A DNA stretch of 64,000 nt from a bacterium (GCA_021831595.1 JAKBMK010000025.1:63114-127113), one strand, 5' to 3'. Positions 49,152 through 58,842 are shown, counted from the stretch's first letter. A program made the numbers and translations. The notes: a model not told the origin generated them from the letters alone.

Positions 49152-50597
49152 TTAAAACAAAGAATAAATGGCGGCGATAGCAGTAACTCCCATAAATATA
49201 GTTGTGACCCATCCGATAATATTGCTAATGCGTGAATTTTTGTAGTGGCCCATTATTTTATGGTTACTACTTATATGGACAATGAAGATAAGAATTACAG
49301 GAGCGACTATTCCATTTGCTATAGCAGAATATATTAGAGCCTTTATAGGATCAATACCTATAAGATTTATGAGTATCCCTATAATAACTGAAATTGCGAT
49401 GATACCATAGAAAGCTCTTGCTTCTTTGAGTTTGTGATAAAGACCTTCTTTCCATCCGAAACTTTCAGATATAGCATATGAAGCTGATCCAGCGAGGACG
49501 GGGATAGCAAGCATACCTGTGCCTATAATACCAATAGCAAAGAGTGTGGTGGCCCAACGGCCTGCAAATGGAGCAAGAGCGAGAGCCGCATCATTGGCCG
49601 TCCCTATATTTGTAATTCCATTTTTAAATAGAACACTTGAACAGACAGCTATAATGAAGAACATTACGAGATTTGAAAGAAACATTCCTGTCCAGACATC
49701 TTTTCTCATTTGTTTTATTTCCATAGGGTTTGTTCCTCTTCTTTGGTGTACAGTTTTTTTACCTTCTTTAATTTCTTCTTCTACTTCTTGTGATGTCTGC
49801 CAGAAGAATAAGTAAGGGGAGATAGTTGTTCCCAAGATTCCAGTAATTAGAAGTATTTGAGTTTTAGAAAAAGTTATATCGGGAATGATCAAACTTTTTG
49901 CTAAGCTAGACCAGTCCATGTTAATTATCAAACCAGTAATAATGTATGAGAAGAGAGATATGACTAACCACTTCAGATACTTACTATATTCTTGATATGG
50001 TACGAATATTTGCAAAACTAAACCTAAGATACCGAACCCTATAACAAGGGTAAAGAATGGAAAAGATGGGATTATAAGTTGTAATTCTTTTGCCATAGCA
50101 CCTAAGTCTGCTCCTATGTTTAAAGTATTGGCTGTGAATAAGAGTATTGTACAGATATATAATATTTTTCTTGAGTATAAATGTTTTATATTAGCGGCAA
50201 GTCCTTTACCTGTAACGAGGGCTATACGAGCACACATTTCCTGGATGACTGCCATAAGAGGGAAAGTCCAAGCCGCGAGCCATATCAGAGAATTACCATA
50301 CTGGGCTCCTGTTTGTGAGTATGTGGCTATGCCAGAAGGATCATCGTCTGCAGCCCCTGTCACAAGACCTGGCCCTAGCTTCTCTATATATTCTTCTCCT
50401 TCTCTTATATATTTTTCACCTTTTTCAAGTAGAGATTCTTTTTTCTCTATTAGTTTTTCTTCCTCTTCTAATAGTGTTTCTTTCTGATCTATTAGTTTTT
50501 CTTCTTGTTTAATTACCGATTCTTTTTCTTCGATTAATTTCTTCTCTTCTATTAAAGTTTCCTGTAGGTCTTTTGGACTTATTGGTTTTTTTGTCAT
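49152..50597 (-). CDS. mntH: Nramp-family divalent metal transporter (MntH-like) with repetitive acidic coiled N-terminal extension
   Basis: GPGLVTGAADDDPSGIATYSQTGAQYG (Nramp TM1 DPGN-type motif) and about 11 TM segments. N-terminal ~70 aa EEKKLIEEKESVIKQEEKLIDQKETLLEEEEKLIEKKESLLEKGEKYIREGEEYIEK. Confidence 0.75.
   Translation of the reverse strand: MTKKPISPKDLQETLIEEKKLIEEKESVIKQEEKLIDQKETLLEEEEKLIEKKESLLEKGEKYIREGEEYIEKLGPGLVTGAADDDPSGIATYSQTGAQYGNSLIWLAAWTFPLMAVIQEMCARIALVTGKGLAANIKHLYSRKILYICTILLFTANTLNIGADLGAMAKELQLIIPSFPFFTLVIGFGILGLVLQIFVPYQEYSKYLKWLVISLFSYIITGLIINMDWSSLAKSLIIPDITFSKTQILLITGILGTTISPYLFFWQTSQEVEEEIKEGKKTVHQRRGTNPMEIKQMRKDVWTGMFLSNLVMFFIIAVCSSVLFKNGITNIGTANDAALALAPFAGRWATTLFAIGIIGTGMLAIPVLAGSASYAISESFGWKEGLYHKLKEARAFYGIIAISVIIGILINLIGIDPIKALIYSAIANGIVAPVILIFIVHISSNHKIMGHYKNSRISNIIGWVTTIFMGVTAIAAIYSLF
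50395..50597 (-). repeat. imperfect ~36-bp tandem repeats encoding the EEKxLIExKES heptad/dodecad repeats of the Nramp N-terminus
   Basis: Plus-strand ctattagtttttcttc(c/t)t.. units seen 4-5 times. Confidence 0.5.
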
Positions 50598-50687
50598 ACA
50601 GACACATTATAACTCGTAGCTATTTTTTAACAAAATTATAGGGGTTATAATTTTTGTTTTAATTTGATACAATAATGAAGTATCTCT

Positions 50688-52070
50688 ATGGCACTAAACA
50701 AACCAAACAAAATTCAAATAATCAAATATGCTCCGCCACCACCAGATCTCCCAACTCTGGGTCGTGTTGATCCGAGCGATGTTGTTTTTATCGGGCGTAC
50801 TAATTATGTAGCTTCTCTTGAAGAGAAGAGATTTGTCTTTGGTATCAAGCGTATAGATCGTAGGCGCCACATGTATATAATAGGCAAGTCTGGTATAGGC
50901 AAGTCTAAACTTCAAGAATTAATGATTCGCCAAGATATCGCTTATGGTCATGGTGTTTGCGTTATAGACCCTCATGGAGAACTCATAGAAGATATATTGA
51001 ATTTTATTCCAGAAGACAGGATTAACGATGTTTGTATAATAGACCCAGGAGATGTTGAATATCCTTCATCTTTTAATTTACTATCAAATATAGACTCAAC
51101 GTTCAAGCATCAGCTAACACAAGGACTCATAGAAGTTTTACGAAAACAGTTTGGTTCAAACTGGACCCCGCGATTGGAACACGTTTTCCGTTTTACCGTA
51201 TTAGCCTTACTCGACTATCCTGATGCTACTATGCGTGGAATGATTTCTATGCTTACTGATCGTAATTATCGTCAGAAGGTAGTGGAATATATAGAGGACG
51301 ATATGGTCAAGAGATTCTGGGCTGTCGAATTCGCTGATTGGTCTGAGAAATTTGATACTGATGCAATTATCCCTTTGGTCAACAAGCTTGGGCAGTTCCT
51401 TTCTGATCCGATGCTTCGAAATATTTTTGGACAAAAAGAAAACAAAATAGATTTAGAAAAAATAATGAATGAACAAAAAATTCTTTTAATTAATCTTTCG
51501 AAAGGGAAGATTGGCGAGGAGAATTCTTCTTTCCTTGGATCAATGATTCTAACAAAGATAAAACAAGCAGGAATGGCTCGTGCTAAAAGTGAATCTAAAG
51601 ATCTTGTGGATTTCTATCTATATATAGATGAATTCCACAATATAGTGACCGATACTTTTGAAAATATTTTATTAGAAGCTCGTAAATACGGGATCAATCT
51701 TATTATTGCTCACCAGTACATGGCACAACTTCTACCTAAAATTCAACAATCAGTACTTGGGAATGTGGGCTCGATAGTCACATTTAGAGTTGGAGGGGAT
51801 GATGCCACAAAACTAAAACCAGAGTTTGCTCCAGTTTTTGATGTCAAAGACATGATTAATCTTGGTGTAGGTGAATTTTATCTGAAGATGACAATAGACG
51901 GAGAAAGCTATGATCCATTCTCTGGTGAGACTCTTCGTGTTCTTCCTGCAACTCATCCTTCTTATAAAGATAAAGTAGTAGCAGCCTCACGTAGCAAATA
52001 TTCTATAAAAGCAGAAGAAGCCACTAGATTAATCGCCGAAGAAGAATCTAATAGTATCAAGAATTCTTAG
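50688..52070 (+). CDS. soluble FtsK/HerA-superfamily P-loop ATPase, type-IV coupling protein (TraD/VirD4/TraG)-like, paralog 1
   Basis: Walker A IIGKSGIGKS, VIDPHGEL, Walker B YLYIDEFHN, ARKYGINLIIAHQYMAQL (resembles T4CP R-YG---Q----QL). No N-terminal TM. Confidence 0.55.
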   Translation: MALNKPNKIQIIKYAPPPPDLPTLGRVDPSDVVFIGRTNYVASLEEKRFVFGIKRIDRRRHMYIIGKSGIGKSKLQELMIRQDIAYGHGVCVIDPHGELIEDILNFIPEDRINDVCIIDPGDVEYPSSFNLLSNIDSTFKHQLTQGLIEVLRKQFGSNWTPRLEHVFRFTVLALLDYPDATMRGMISMLTDRNYRQKVVEYIEDDMVKRFWAVEFADWSEKFDTDAIIPLVNKLGQFLSDPMLRNIFGQKENKIDLEKIMNEQKILLINLSKGKIGEENSSFLGSMILTKIKQAGMARAKSESKDLVDFYLYIDEFHNIVTDTFENILLEARKYGINLIIAHQYMAQLLPKIQQSVLGNVGSIVTFRVGGDDATKLKPEFAPVFDVKDMINLGVGEFYLKMTIDGESYDPFSGETLRVLPATHPSYKDKVVAASRSKYSIKAEEATRLIAEEESNSIKNS

Positions 52071-52199
52071 ATATATTTTAATATTTGAGGAAATAAAAAT
52101 TTATTGAGCTTAAGTCTCTCTTTGGCTTTTCTATTTACAAAACGGCTAAAGATAGTAGAATTATGGGGTAGGTCGTTTAATTAATTTTCTCATATATTT

Positions 52200-52505
52200 A
52201 TGGTATTTATATACACAACATGTGAAAATATGGACGAAGCAAAGAAGCTTGGAAGCCTTATTATTGGTAAGAAAATAGCGGCTTGTGTTGACTTTTGGCC
52301 TATCTCATCTTGCTATAACTGGAAAGGGGGTCTTCAGTGTGTAGAACAAGCGATGCTTTTAATTACCACCTTTGAGGCTAAACTAGAAGATGTGAATCAG
52401 ATTATTTCTGAGAATCATACTTATAGTGTTCCTCTTATTGCTGGCGTTGACGTTCGTCGTATAAATCATCCATATAAGGAGTGGATGATGAAGGAGATTA
52501 TATAA
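52200..52505 (+). CDS. cutA: divalent-cation tolerance protein CutA
   Basis: MVFIYTTCEN..EAKKLGSLIIGKKIAACVDFWPISSCYNWKGGLQ...LLITTFEAKLEDVNQIISENHTYSVPLIAG matches the CutA1 family. Confidence 0.75.
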   Translation: MVFIYTTCENMDEAKKLGSLIIGKKIAACVDFWPISSCYNWKGGLQCVEQAMLLITTFEAKLEDVNQIISENHTYSVPLIAGVDVRRINHPYKEWMMKEII

Positions 52506-52506
52506 T

Positions 52507-52923
52507 ATGAATTCAAAAAAAATTTTAATCTTTGGAGTATTTGATGGTATACACGAAGGTCACAACCATTTCATAAACGAAGCAAAAACACATGGCAATC
52601 ATCTTGTGGCTATTGTCGCACGTGATAGTATTGTAGAAAAAATCAAAGGCAAAGTTCCAGTAGAAAATGAAGTTGAACGAATCAAAAATCTTTTAGAAAA
52701 TAAAGAGGTTGATTTAGTGCTATTAGGTGATGCAGAATTGGGCACTTATAATGTACTGAGGGAAGTAGCACCAGATCTTATATTTCTAGGTTATGACCAG
52801 AATGAACTACATAAAGATTTGAAAAATAAAATGAAAAGTGGATATTTAAAAGAAGTAGAGATAAAAGTAGGAGCTCCTTATAAGGGAGATGAATTACATT
52901 CTTCAATTTTAAACAAAAAATAA
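52507..52923 (+). CDS. cytidylyltransferase-fold nucleotidyltransferase, archaeal-type FAD synthetase (RibL)-like
   Basis: GVFDGIHEGH (HxGH), AIVARDSIVEKIKGK, LIFLGYDQNE resemble RibL/TagD-family motifs. Confidence 0.55.
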   Translation: MNSKKILIFGVFDGIHEGHNHFINEAKTHGNHLVAIVARDSIVEKIKGKVPVENEVERIKNLLENKEVDLVLLGDAELGTYNVLREVAPDLIFLGYDQNELHKDLKNKMKSGYLKEVEIKVGAPYKGDELHSSILNKK

Positions 52924-52949
52924 CAGGGCCAATGCTAGCCCTGTATTTT

Positions 52950-53423
52950 TTATTCTCGCCATTTACGCAGTAATGGAATTATCGTAATAGAGGTTATGAT
53001 AACCTCGCTCAGAGAATAGCCAACTTCTGGCCAGCTCCAATCTTTTGCGTCACAAGTTGCAATAATACTAGCAGCTAGAAAAAATGAGTATCCTACTAAA
53101 TTATATTTTGCAACAGGATTCAGAAATGTTTTTATTGCTAAGTAAATTCCCACTATAGATTCAGATACAACTCCTAAAACTACAGCTTCGTAGGGGCCTT
53201 CTATGACCCAAGCTCCACCACTTATCATGATGAGGATGATTATCATAACCTCCAACCATTTTAAGGTGTTTCTTTTTTGATATAGAAGAATGATAAACAT
53301 CAAGAATGAGCAGATAGCAGACCCGAATAATATTTGATATCCACCACCACCCTTTTTCAAACTAGCTTCTATCGTAGCAAACATGAGAATTGTATCTAAT
53401 AGGAAATACAAGAACCATGTCAA
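52950..53423 (-). CDS. hypothetical polytopic membrane protein (about 5 TM)
   Basis: Hydrophobic segments only. Confidence 0.4.
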   Translation of the reverse strand: MTWFLYFLLDTILMFATIEASLKKGGGGYQILFGSAICSFLMFIILLYQKRNTLKWLEVMIIILIMISGGAWVIEGPYEAVVLGVVSESIVGIYLAIKTFLNPVAKYNLVGYSFFLAASIIATCDAKDWSWPEVGYSLSEVIITSITIIPLLRKWRE

Positions 53424-53659
53424 AGCTACCTGGCTTTCATCATTCTTTGTTTTAAGAATTCCTTTGATAAGGAATCCAAAAGAAGTAATTGTCAGTCAGA
53501 AAATAGTCCAGTCAACTAATGACATTTCTAAAATTGTTTTCATGGTACAAAATTTAATGATTATTCATATAAACGATAATCCTATAAGTATAGATTGTCA
53601 ATATTATAGTATTTAACCCTTTTTTATTTGAAAGATTTAGGGTACAATAGGATTAATAT

Positions 53660-55747
53660 ATGGAAAATGAAATTCCACACAATAGGGACATAACTTATTT
53701 TGCTAAGACGAACTTTCGTAGTAGTAATGCTATTTTTGGCATAAAAAGAAAGGACCGCCGCCAGCATATGTATGTTCTCGGGAAATCAGGTACTGGTAAA
53801 TCTGTACTTCTCTCTAACCTTATTGTTCAAAATATTCAAAATGGAGAAGGTGTCTGTGTTGTTGACCCGCACGGTGAACTTGTAGAAGAAATTCTTCATC
53901 TTATTCCTGATCATAGAGCTAAAGATGTTATCTACTTTAATCCAGCCGATACAGACTTTCATATTGGGTTCAATGTTATTCAACTCGATGATCCAAAGTA
54001 CAAACACTTGGTGGCTTCAGGCCTCATGGGAATCTTTACAAAGATTTGGGCTAACGCTTGGAGTTCTCGTATGGAGTACATTTTGAACAACGCTATTCTT
54101 GCCTTGCTTGATACACCAGGGACGACTCTTCTAGGAATCCCTCGTCTTCTTGTCGACAAGGATTATCGTCAGATGATAATAGGTAACTTGAAGGATCCTG
54201 TGGTCAAAGCTTTCTGGGTACATGAGTATGAGCAATGGCGTGAGCAATTCAGAAATGAAGCTATCGCTCCTATTCAGAACAAGGTTGGTCAATTCCTTTC
54301 AACTTCTATTATTCGTAATGTTGTTGGTCAACCAAAATCCACCATTGATATCTTCAAAATAATGAACGAAGGAAAAATTTTCCTTGTGAATGTTTCAAAA
54401 GGACGTATTGGTGAGGATAACTCTGCACTTCTTGGAGGTATGATTATTACGAAGATTCAGCTTGCTGCCATGGAACGTGTGCGTATACCTGAAGAAGAAA
54501 GAAAAGACTTTTATCTATATGTCGACGAATTCCAAAATTTTGCAACTGACTCTTTTGCCAATATTCTTTCTGAAGCTCGAAAGTATCGTCTGAACCTTAC
54601 TGTTGCTCACCAGTACACAGCTCAGCTTGAAAACAAAGATGGTTCTAAAGTTCGCGATGCTGTCTTTGGTAACGTGGGGACAATGATTATATTCAGGGTT
54701 GGAGCTGATGATGCAGATTTCTTGGAAAAAGAATTTGAACCGGAATTTATGGCTCAGGATTTAGTTAATTTGCCGAACTACAATGTCTATCTAAAACTTA
54801 TGATTGATGGTGTAACTAGTCGACCTTTTTCTGCTATTACTTTGCCGCCAATAAAAGTTGATGCGACTTCGGGCGTGAAAGATAAAATTATCGAATCATC
54901 TCGTAAGCTTTATACTCGTTCTAGAAAAGAAGTAGAGGATGATATTGCCAAATGGAGTGGAATGCTTCAAATAGGAGAGGGCGAAGCTAAATACAAGGCT
55001 GATTGTTCTAACTGTAAGAAAAGTACGATGGTTCCTTTTGAACCAAAAGATGGTCGTCCTGTCTATTGCAAAGAATGTATGTTTAAAATCAAGAATGGTG
55101 AATTGAAGCCTGAAAGTGGATTTATCGCTTCGCGATCTTCTCGCCAAGAAGAAAAAGCTTCTACTGCACCACTTGCAGCTCTTGGTATTGAATTTGGAGT
55201 TACAGATAATGATTTTAGAATCTCAAAAAATCACGATCAAGTTAAATCTTCCAACGGTAACCACAATCACAATCATAATAGTCATAACCACAATAACCAT
55301 TCTGTAAAAAATGACAAGAAACATGCAGGCCCCTCACCACTTCTCAAGGGATTACTTGAAAAGATAGGTATAAACAACAGGGGAAGTATTTCGACAGATA
55401 AGATAGAGGCAAAGGAAGTAAAGAAAGAAGTTCCAGCTCCTATCTCTCTTTCTTCTCTTAAAAAAGATACACATGATAATCATAAAGTTGATCATACAAT
55501 TCCAACAAAAGAAGCTTCAGATGAGAAGAAAGCTTCATTGAAAGATTTACTTACAAAAACAGCGCATAATCATAATCATGAGATTAAAGAAGAAAAAACT
55601 CCAATAGTTAAAACCGAAGAGAAGGACCCTGAATCAAAAGTTATTACACCACAGGAACCAGATACAAAAACCAATACTGATTCTTGGCAAAAGCATAAAA
55701 CAAAGAAAGAAGTTCCTGAGGATGTACTCCGTAAAGTCTTAGAATAA
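53660..55747 (+). CDS. FtsK/HerA-superfamily ATPase paralog 2 (T4CP-like) with C-terminal CxxC..CxxC zinc ribbon and His/Lys-rich low-complexity tail
   Basis: Same motif set as 50688 (VLGKSGTGKS, VVDPHGEL, YLYVDEFQN, ARKYRLNLTVAHQYTAQL). Then CSNCKKSTMVPFEPKDGRPVYCKECMF and NGNHNHNHNSHNHNNH / HNHNHE tracts. Confidence 0.55.
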   Translation: MENEIPHNRDITYFAKTNFRSSNAIFGIKRKDRRQHMYVLGKSGTGKSVLLSNLIVQNIQNGEGVCVVDPHGELVEEILHLIPDHRAKDVIYFNPADTDFHIGFNVIQLDDPKYKHLVASGLMGIFTKIWANAWSSRMEYILNNAILALLDTPGTTLLGIPRLLVDKDYRQMIIGNLKDPVVKAFWVHEYEQWREQFRNEAIAPIQNKVGQFLSTSIIRNVVGQPKSTIDIFKIMNEGKIFLVNVSKGRIGEDNSALLGGMIITKIQLAAMERVRIPEEERKDFYLYVDEFQNFATDSFANILSEARKYRLNLTVAHQYTAQLENKDGSKVRDAVFGNVGTMIIFRVGADDADFLEKEFEPEFMAQDLVNLPNYNVYLKLMIDGVTSRPFSAITLPPIKVDATSGVKDKIIESSRKLYTRSRKEVEDDIAKWSGMLQIGEGEAKYKADCSNCKKSTMVPFEPKDGRPVYCKECMFKIKNGELKPESGFIASRSSRQEEKASTAPLAALGIEFGVTDNDFRISKNHDQVKSSNGNHNHNHNSHNHNNHSVKNDKKHAGPSPLLKGLLEKIGINNRGSISTDKIEAKEVKKEVPAPISLSSLKKDTHDNHKVDHTIPTKEASDEKKASLKDLLTKTAHNHNHEIKEEKTPIVKTEEKDPESKVITPQEPDTKTNTDSWQKHKTKKEVPEDVLRKVLE

Positions 55748-55751
55748 TTTT

Positions 55752-57191
55752 ATGATTAACTTTTTTAAAAAACACTTTTATATTTTCACTATAATTGTGT
55801 TTTTTATTTTTGGAGTTTTTAGATTTGCTAATGCGGAGGTGGTTTTTAGCGAAATCGCATGGATGGGTAATTCTGAAAATATAAATGCTGAGTGGTTTGA
55901 GATATATAATAATGGAGAATCTGAAATTGATTTATCAGATTGGTCAATTTCTGGGCTTTTATCTTTTGAAATTCCTTCTGGAAAAACTATCCCTGCTGGC
56001 AAATATTTTATTTTTGGTAGACAGCCAGTAAGTGGGGTTTATACTTATATACCAAATTTTACACCTGATTTAATATATAAAGGAGCACTCAGTAACTCTG
56101 GAGGAACTTTAAACTTAAATGATAAAAATGGCAATCAAAAAAGTAGTGTAACTTATGATGGCAAAATAGGCGATAATGAAACAAAGGAAACGATGCAGTG
56201 GGATGGTAGCAAGTGGTTTACTGCTTCGCCAACTCCAGGAGGAGGAAGTATTTCTAATAATACCGAAAAAGTACAAGATAATAATATTGGTGCAGAGAAT
56301 AATACTTCAAACATATCAACTTCAAGTTCCAGCAATGAAAAATCTCAAGTAGAATATAAAATAGCTACCAAAATTATTTCTCCGAAAATAGTTACTGCTG
56401 GAGTGCCTTTTGATGTGGATCATAATACTACAGGGCTCAAGAAAGAGAAGATAATTTTAGGAAAATTTATTTGGAACTTTGGAGATGGTAGACAAAAACA
56501 ATTATCGGTATCAGATCCATTTATTTATGTTTACGATTATCCAGGAGAATATGTTTTAACTCTTTCGTATTATGATTCTAATTTTGATACAAAACCAGAT
56601 GCGACGGATAGAGTGACGATAAAGGTCGTTCCTTCAGGGGTTGTTATAAGTTCAGTGGGGACATCTTCAGACCCGTATGTAGAAGTAGAAAATAAATCTG
56701 GGTATGAGATGCTACTTTCTGGGTGGGTATTAAAGGGAAGTGCACATTCTTTCGTTGTCCCAGATGGTATGATTCTTCTTCCAAACAAGAAATTAAAATT
56801 GTCTCCCAAAATTACTGGTTTTGACTTTAATGATTTGAATTTTATTGAGATTGTAGATCAACAAGGGCAAGTATTTACAACTTATCCAAACAAGAAGACA
56901 AATATCTATAGATATTCTGAAAATAAAAATATAGATGAGAACGTAATTAAAAGTAATTATATAGAAAATAAGGAGATAAAAGAAGGGAAGGAAATTATAA
57001 ACTTGAATGATCTTTCAGCTAGTGTTGGTGGAGCAGATAGTGGTTTATACAATAAAACTTTAATATACTTTGGCCTTGCAGGAATAATAATAATTGGGGT
57101 CTTAAGCATAATTTTCATTCGCAAGAAAACTGATTACCCAGACTATATCGAGAAAGAAATTTCTGTGGGTGATATGACGATTATAGAATAA
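55752..57191 (+). CDS. secreted, C-terminally membrane-anchored protein with two lamin-tail domains (LTD) flanking a PKD-like domain
   Basis: Signal peptide. EIAWMGNSENINAEWFEIYNNGESEIDLSDWSI...SNSGG (LTD). WNFGDGRQ...YVYDYPGEYVLTLSYYD (PKD-like). Second LTD (YVEVENKSGYEMLLSGWVLKG). C-terminal TM IIIIGVLSIIFIRKK. Confidence 0.6.
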   Translation: MINFFKKHFYIFTIIVFFIFGVFRFANAEVVFSEIAWMGNSENINAEWFEIYNNGESEIDLSDWSISGLLSFEIPSGKTIPAGKYFIFGRQPVSGVYTYIPNFTPDLIYKGALSNSGGTLNLNDKNGNQKSSVTYDGKIGDNETKETMQWDGSKWFTASPTPGGGSISNNTEKVQDNNIGAENNTSNISTSSSSNEKSQVEYKIATKIISPKIVTAGVPFDVDHNTTGLKKEKIILGKFIWNFGDGRQKQLSVSDPFIYVYDYPGEYVLTLSYYDSNFDTKPDATDRVTIKVVPSGVVISSVGTSSDPYVEVENKSGYEMLLSGWVLKGSAHSFVVPDGMILLPNKKLKLSPKITGFDFNDLNFIEIVDQQGQVFTTYPNKKTNIYRYSENKNIDENVIKSNYIENKEIKEGKEIINLNDLSASVGGADSGLYNKTLIYFGLAGIIIIGVLSIIFIRKKTDYPDYIEKEISVGDMTIIE

Positions 57192-57209
57192 TCTGCTATA
57201 CTCAAGAAC

Positions 57210-57980
57210 ATGAATAATAAGAATAAAAAAGATACTTCATGGAATAGTGTGGCGAGCTGGTATGATGAATTGCTTAAGGAGGACGATAGCTATCAAGCAA
57301 AAGTTGTACTTCCAAATTTGCTTCGTGTGCTTGATTTAAAAAAAGGGGAGAAAGTTTACGATCTTGCTTGTGGGCAAGGATACTTCGCAAATGTTTTTGC
57401 GCATATGGGAGCAGAAGTTACTGCTTCTGATCTTTCTAAGAATCTTATAGAAACTGCAAAGAAAAATTCAAAAGAGAAAGTTAATTTCTATATAACTCCT
57501 GCACATAGAGCGCAATTCTTGAAAGATAATACTATTGATACTATTGTGATTGTTTTGGCGGTTCAAAACATAGAGAATGTAAATGAAGTACTAGTAGAAT
57601 GTAAAAGAGTATTGAAAAAGGAAGGAAGGATAGTTCTGGTACTTAATCATCCAGCATTTAGAATTCCGCAAGCAAGCGATTGGTACTTTGCAGATGGGGT
57701 GCAGTCTCGTATTATCAGCCAGTATCTTTCTCCTTCAAAGATTTATATAGACATGACTCCAGGAGAGAAGAATCCAAAGAAAAAGATAAAAACAATTTCT
57801 TTCCATCGTTCACTTCAGGACTATATGAAAGTCTTTTCCAAGAATGGATTTGCTATTACACGTCTCGAAGAGTGGATTTCGCACAAGCAAAGCGGTGCAG
57901 GTCCCAGACAGCTTGCCGAAGACAAAGCCCGCAAAGAAATACCAATGTTTATGTGTGTGGAAATTAAAAAATTAGGATAA
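57210..57980 (+). CDS. class I SAM-dependent methyltransferase
   Basis: VYDLACGQGYF (motif I), acidic residue, VIVLAVQNI. Confidence 0.8.
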   Translation: MNNKNKKDTSWNSVASWYDELLKEDDSYQAKVVLPNLLRVLDLKKGEKVYDLACGQGYFANVFAHMGAEVTASDLSKNLIETAKKNSKEKVNFYITPAHRAQFLKDNTIDTIVIVLAVQNIENVNEVLVECKRVLKKEGRIVLVLNHPAFRIPQASDWYFADGVQSRIISQYLSPSKIYIDMTPGEKNPKKKIKTISFHRSLQDYMKVFSKNGFAITRLEEWISHKQSGAGPRQLAEDKARKEIPMFMCVEIKKLG

Positions 57981-58553
57981 TTTTTCTAGTGCTTTTGGAA
58001 TTTTGTTGAAATCTTTTATGAGAGTTTCTCTCATTCCGCCATTATATAAAGCAGCAGCTGGATGATAGAGAGGGAGAAAGGCTTGCTTTTTCTCAAGTTC
58101 GGGGATATTTTTTAAAAGTAATTTTCCGTGTATCTCGGAAATTTTTTCCGTAGGGAAGAATCTCGTCATAGAATGTCTGCCTAGAAAGACGATTAATTTG
58201 GGGTTTATTATTTTGAGTTCATTTATGAGCCACTCATTACAATCTTCCTTTTCTTTTGGCTCTGGATCGCGATTGTTTGGCGGGCGGTATTTTACAATGT
58301 TTGTGATGTATATATCTTCACGCTTTCGTCCTATTCCTTCGAGCATTTCGTTTAAAAATTTACCTGCTGCACCGATAAAAGGCTTGCCTCCCGCGTCTTC
58401 ATTTTTGCCTGGGGCTTCGCCAATGAAGACTATCTCTGCTTCGGCATTTCCATCACCAAAAACTGCTTGTTTTGCTGTCTTGCGAAGTTCACACTGGCAA
58501 TTCTCTTGCCAATACTTATTAAGCTCATCCAATTGTTCTCTTTTTGAAGCCAT
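57972..58553 (-). CDS. uracil-DNA glycosylase, family 4
   Basis: GEAPGKNEDAGGKPFIGAAGKFL, HPAAALYN motif, Cys residues for an Fe-S cluster. Confidence 0.85.
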   Translation of the reverse strand: MASKREQLDELNKYWQENCQCELRKTAKQAVFGDGNAEAEIVFIGEAPGKNEDAGGKPFIGAAGKFLNEMLEGIGRKREDIYITNIVKYRPPNNRDPEPKEKEDCNEWLINELKIINPKLIVFLGRHSMTRFFPTEKISEIHGKLLLKNIPELEKKQAFLPLYHPAAALYNGGMRETLIKDFNKIPKALEKLS

Positions 58554-58598
58554 TTGATTATTATAGTACAGAATTCTACTATTTGGTATAATCAGATT

Positions 58599-58835
58599 AT
58601 GAAAAAATATATTACAGAAATTGTTGGATGGTATGGAGTTGTAGCAATATTATCTGCATATGCTTTGATGAGTTTAGGTATTTTATCTTCTCATAATATC
58701 TATTATCAATTATTAAACTTATCTGGGGCATTAGGTATTGTTTATGATTCATTTAAAGACAAGGATTATCAACCAGTTGTTCTAAACATTATCTGGGCTG
58801 TGATTGCACTAATAGCAATAGTTAATATTATATAA
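58599..58835 (+). CDS. small 2-TM membrane protein
   Basis: Hydrophobic. Start uncertain: ORF-track 58554 versus MKKYI at 58599. Confidence 0.3.
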   Translation: MKKYITEIVGWYGVVAILSAYALMSLGILSSHNIYYQLLNLSGALGIVYDSFKDKDYQPVVLNIIWAVIALIAIVNII

Positions 58836-58842
58836 ATGATAC

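Noticed and set aside
57680-57967. 95-aa ORF in an alternative frame within the methyltransferase gene
   Set aside because: Overlaps a well-supported CDS in another frame, with no independent signals.
58198-58557. 119-aa ORF antisense to the family-4 UDG gene
   Set aside because: Shadow ORF. The UDG motifs are clear on the minus strand.
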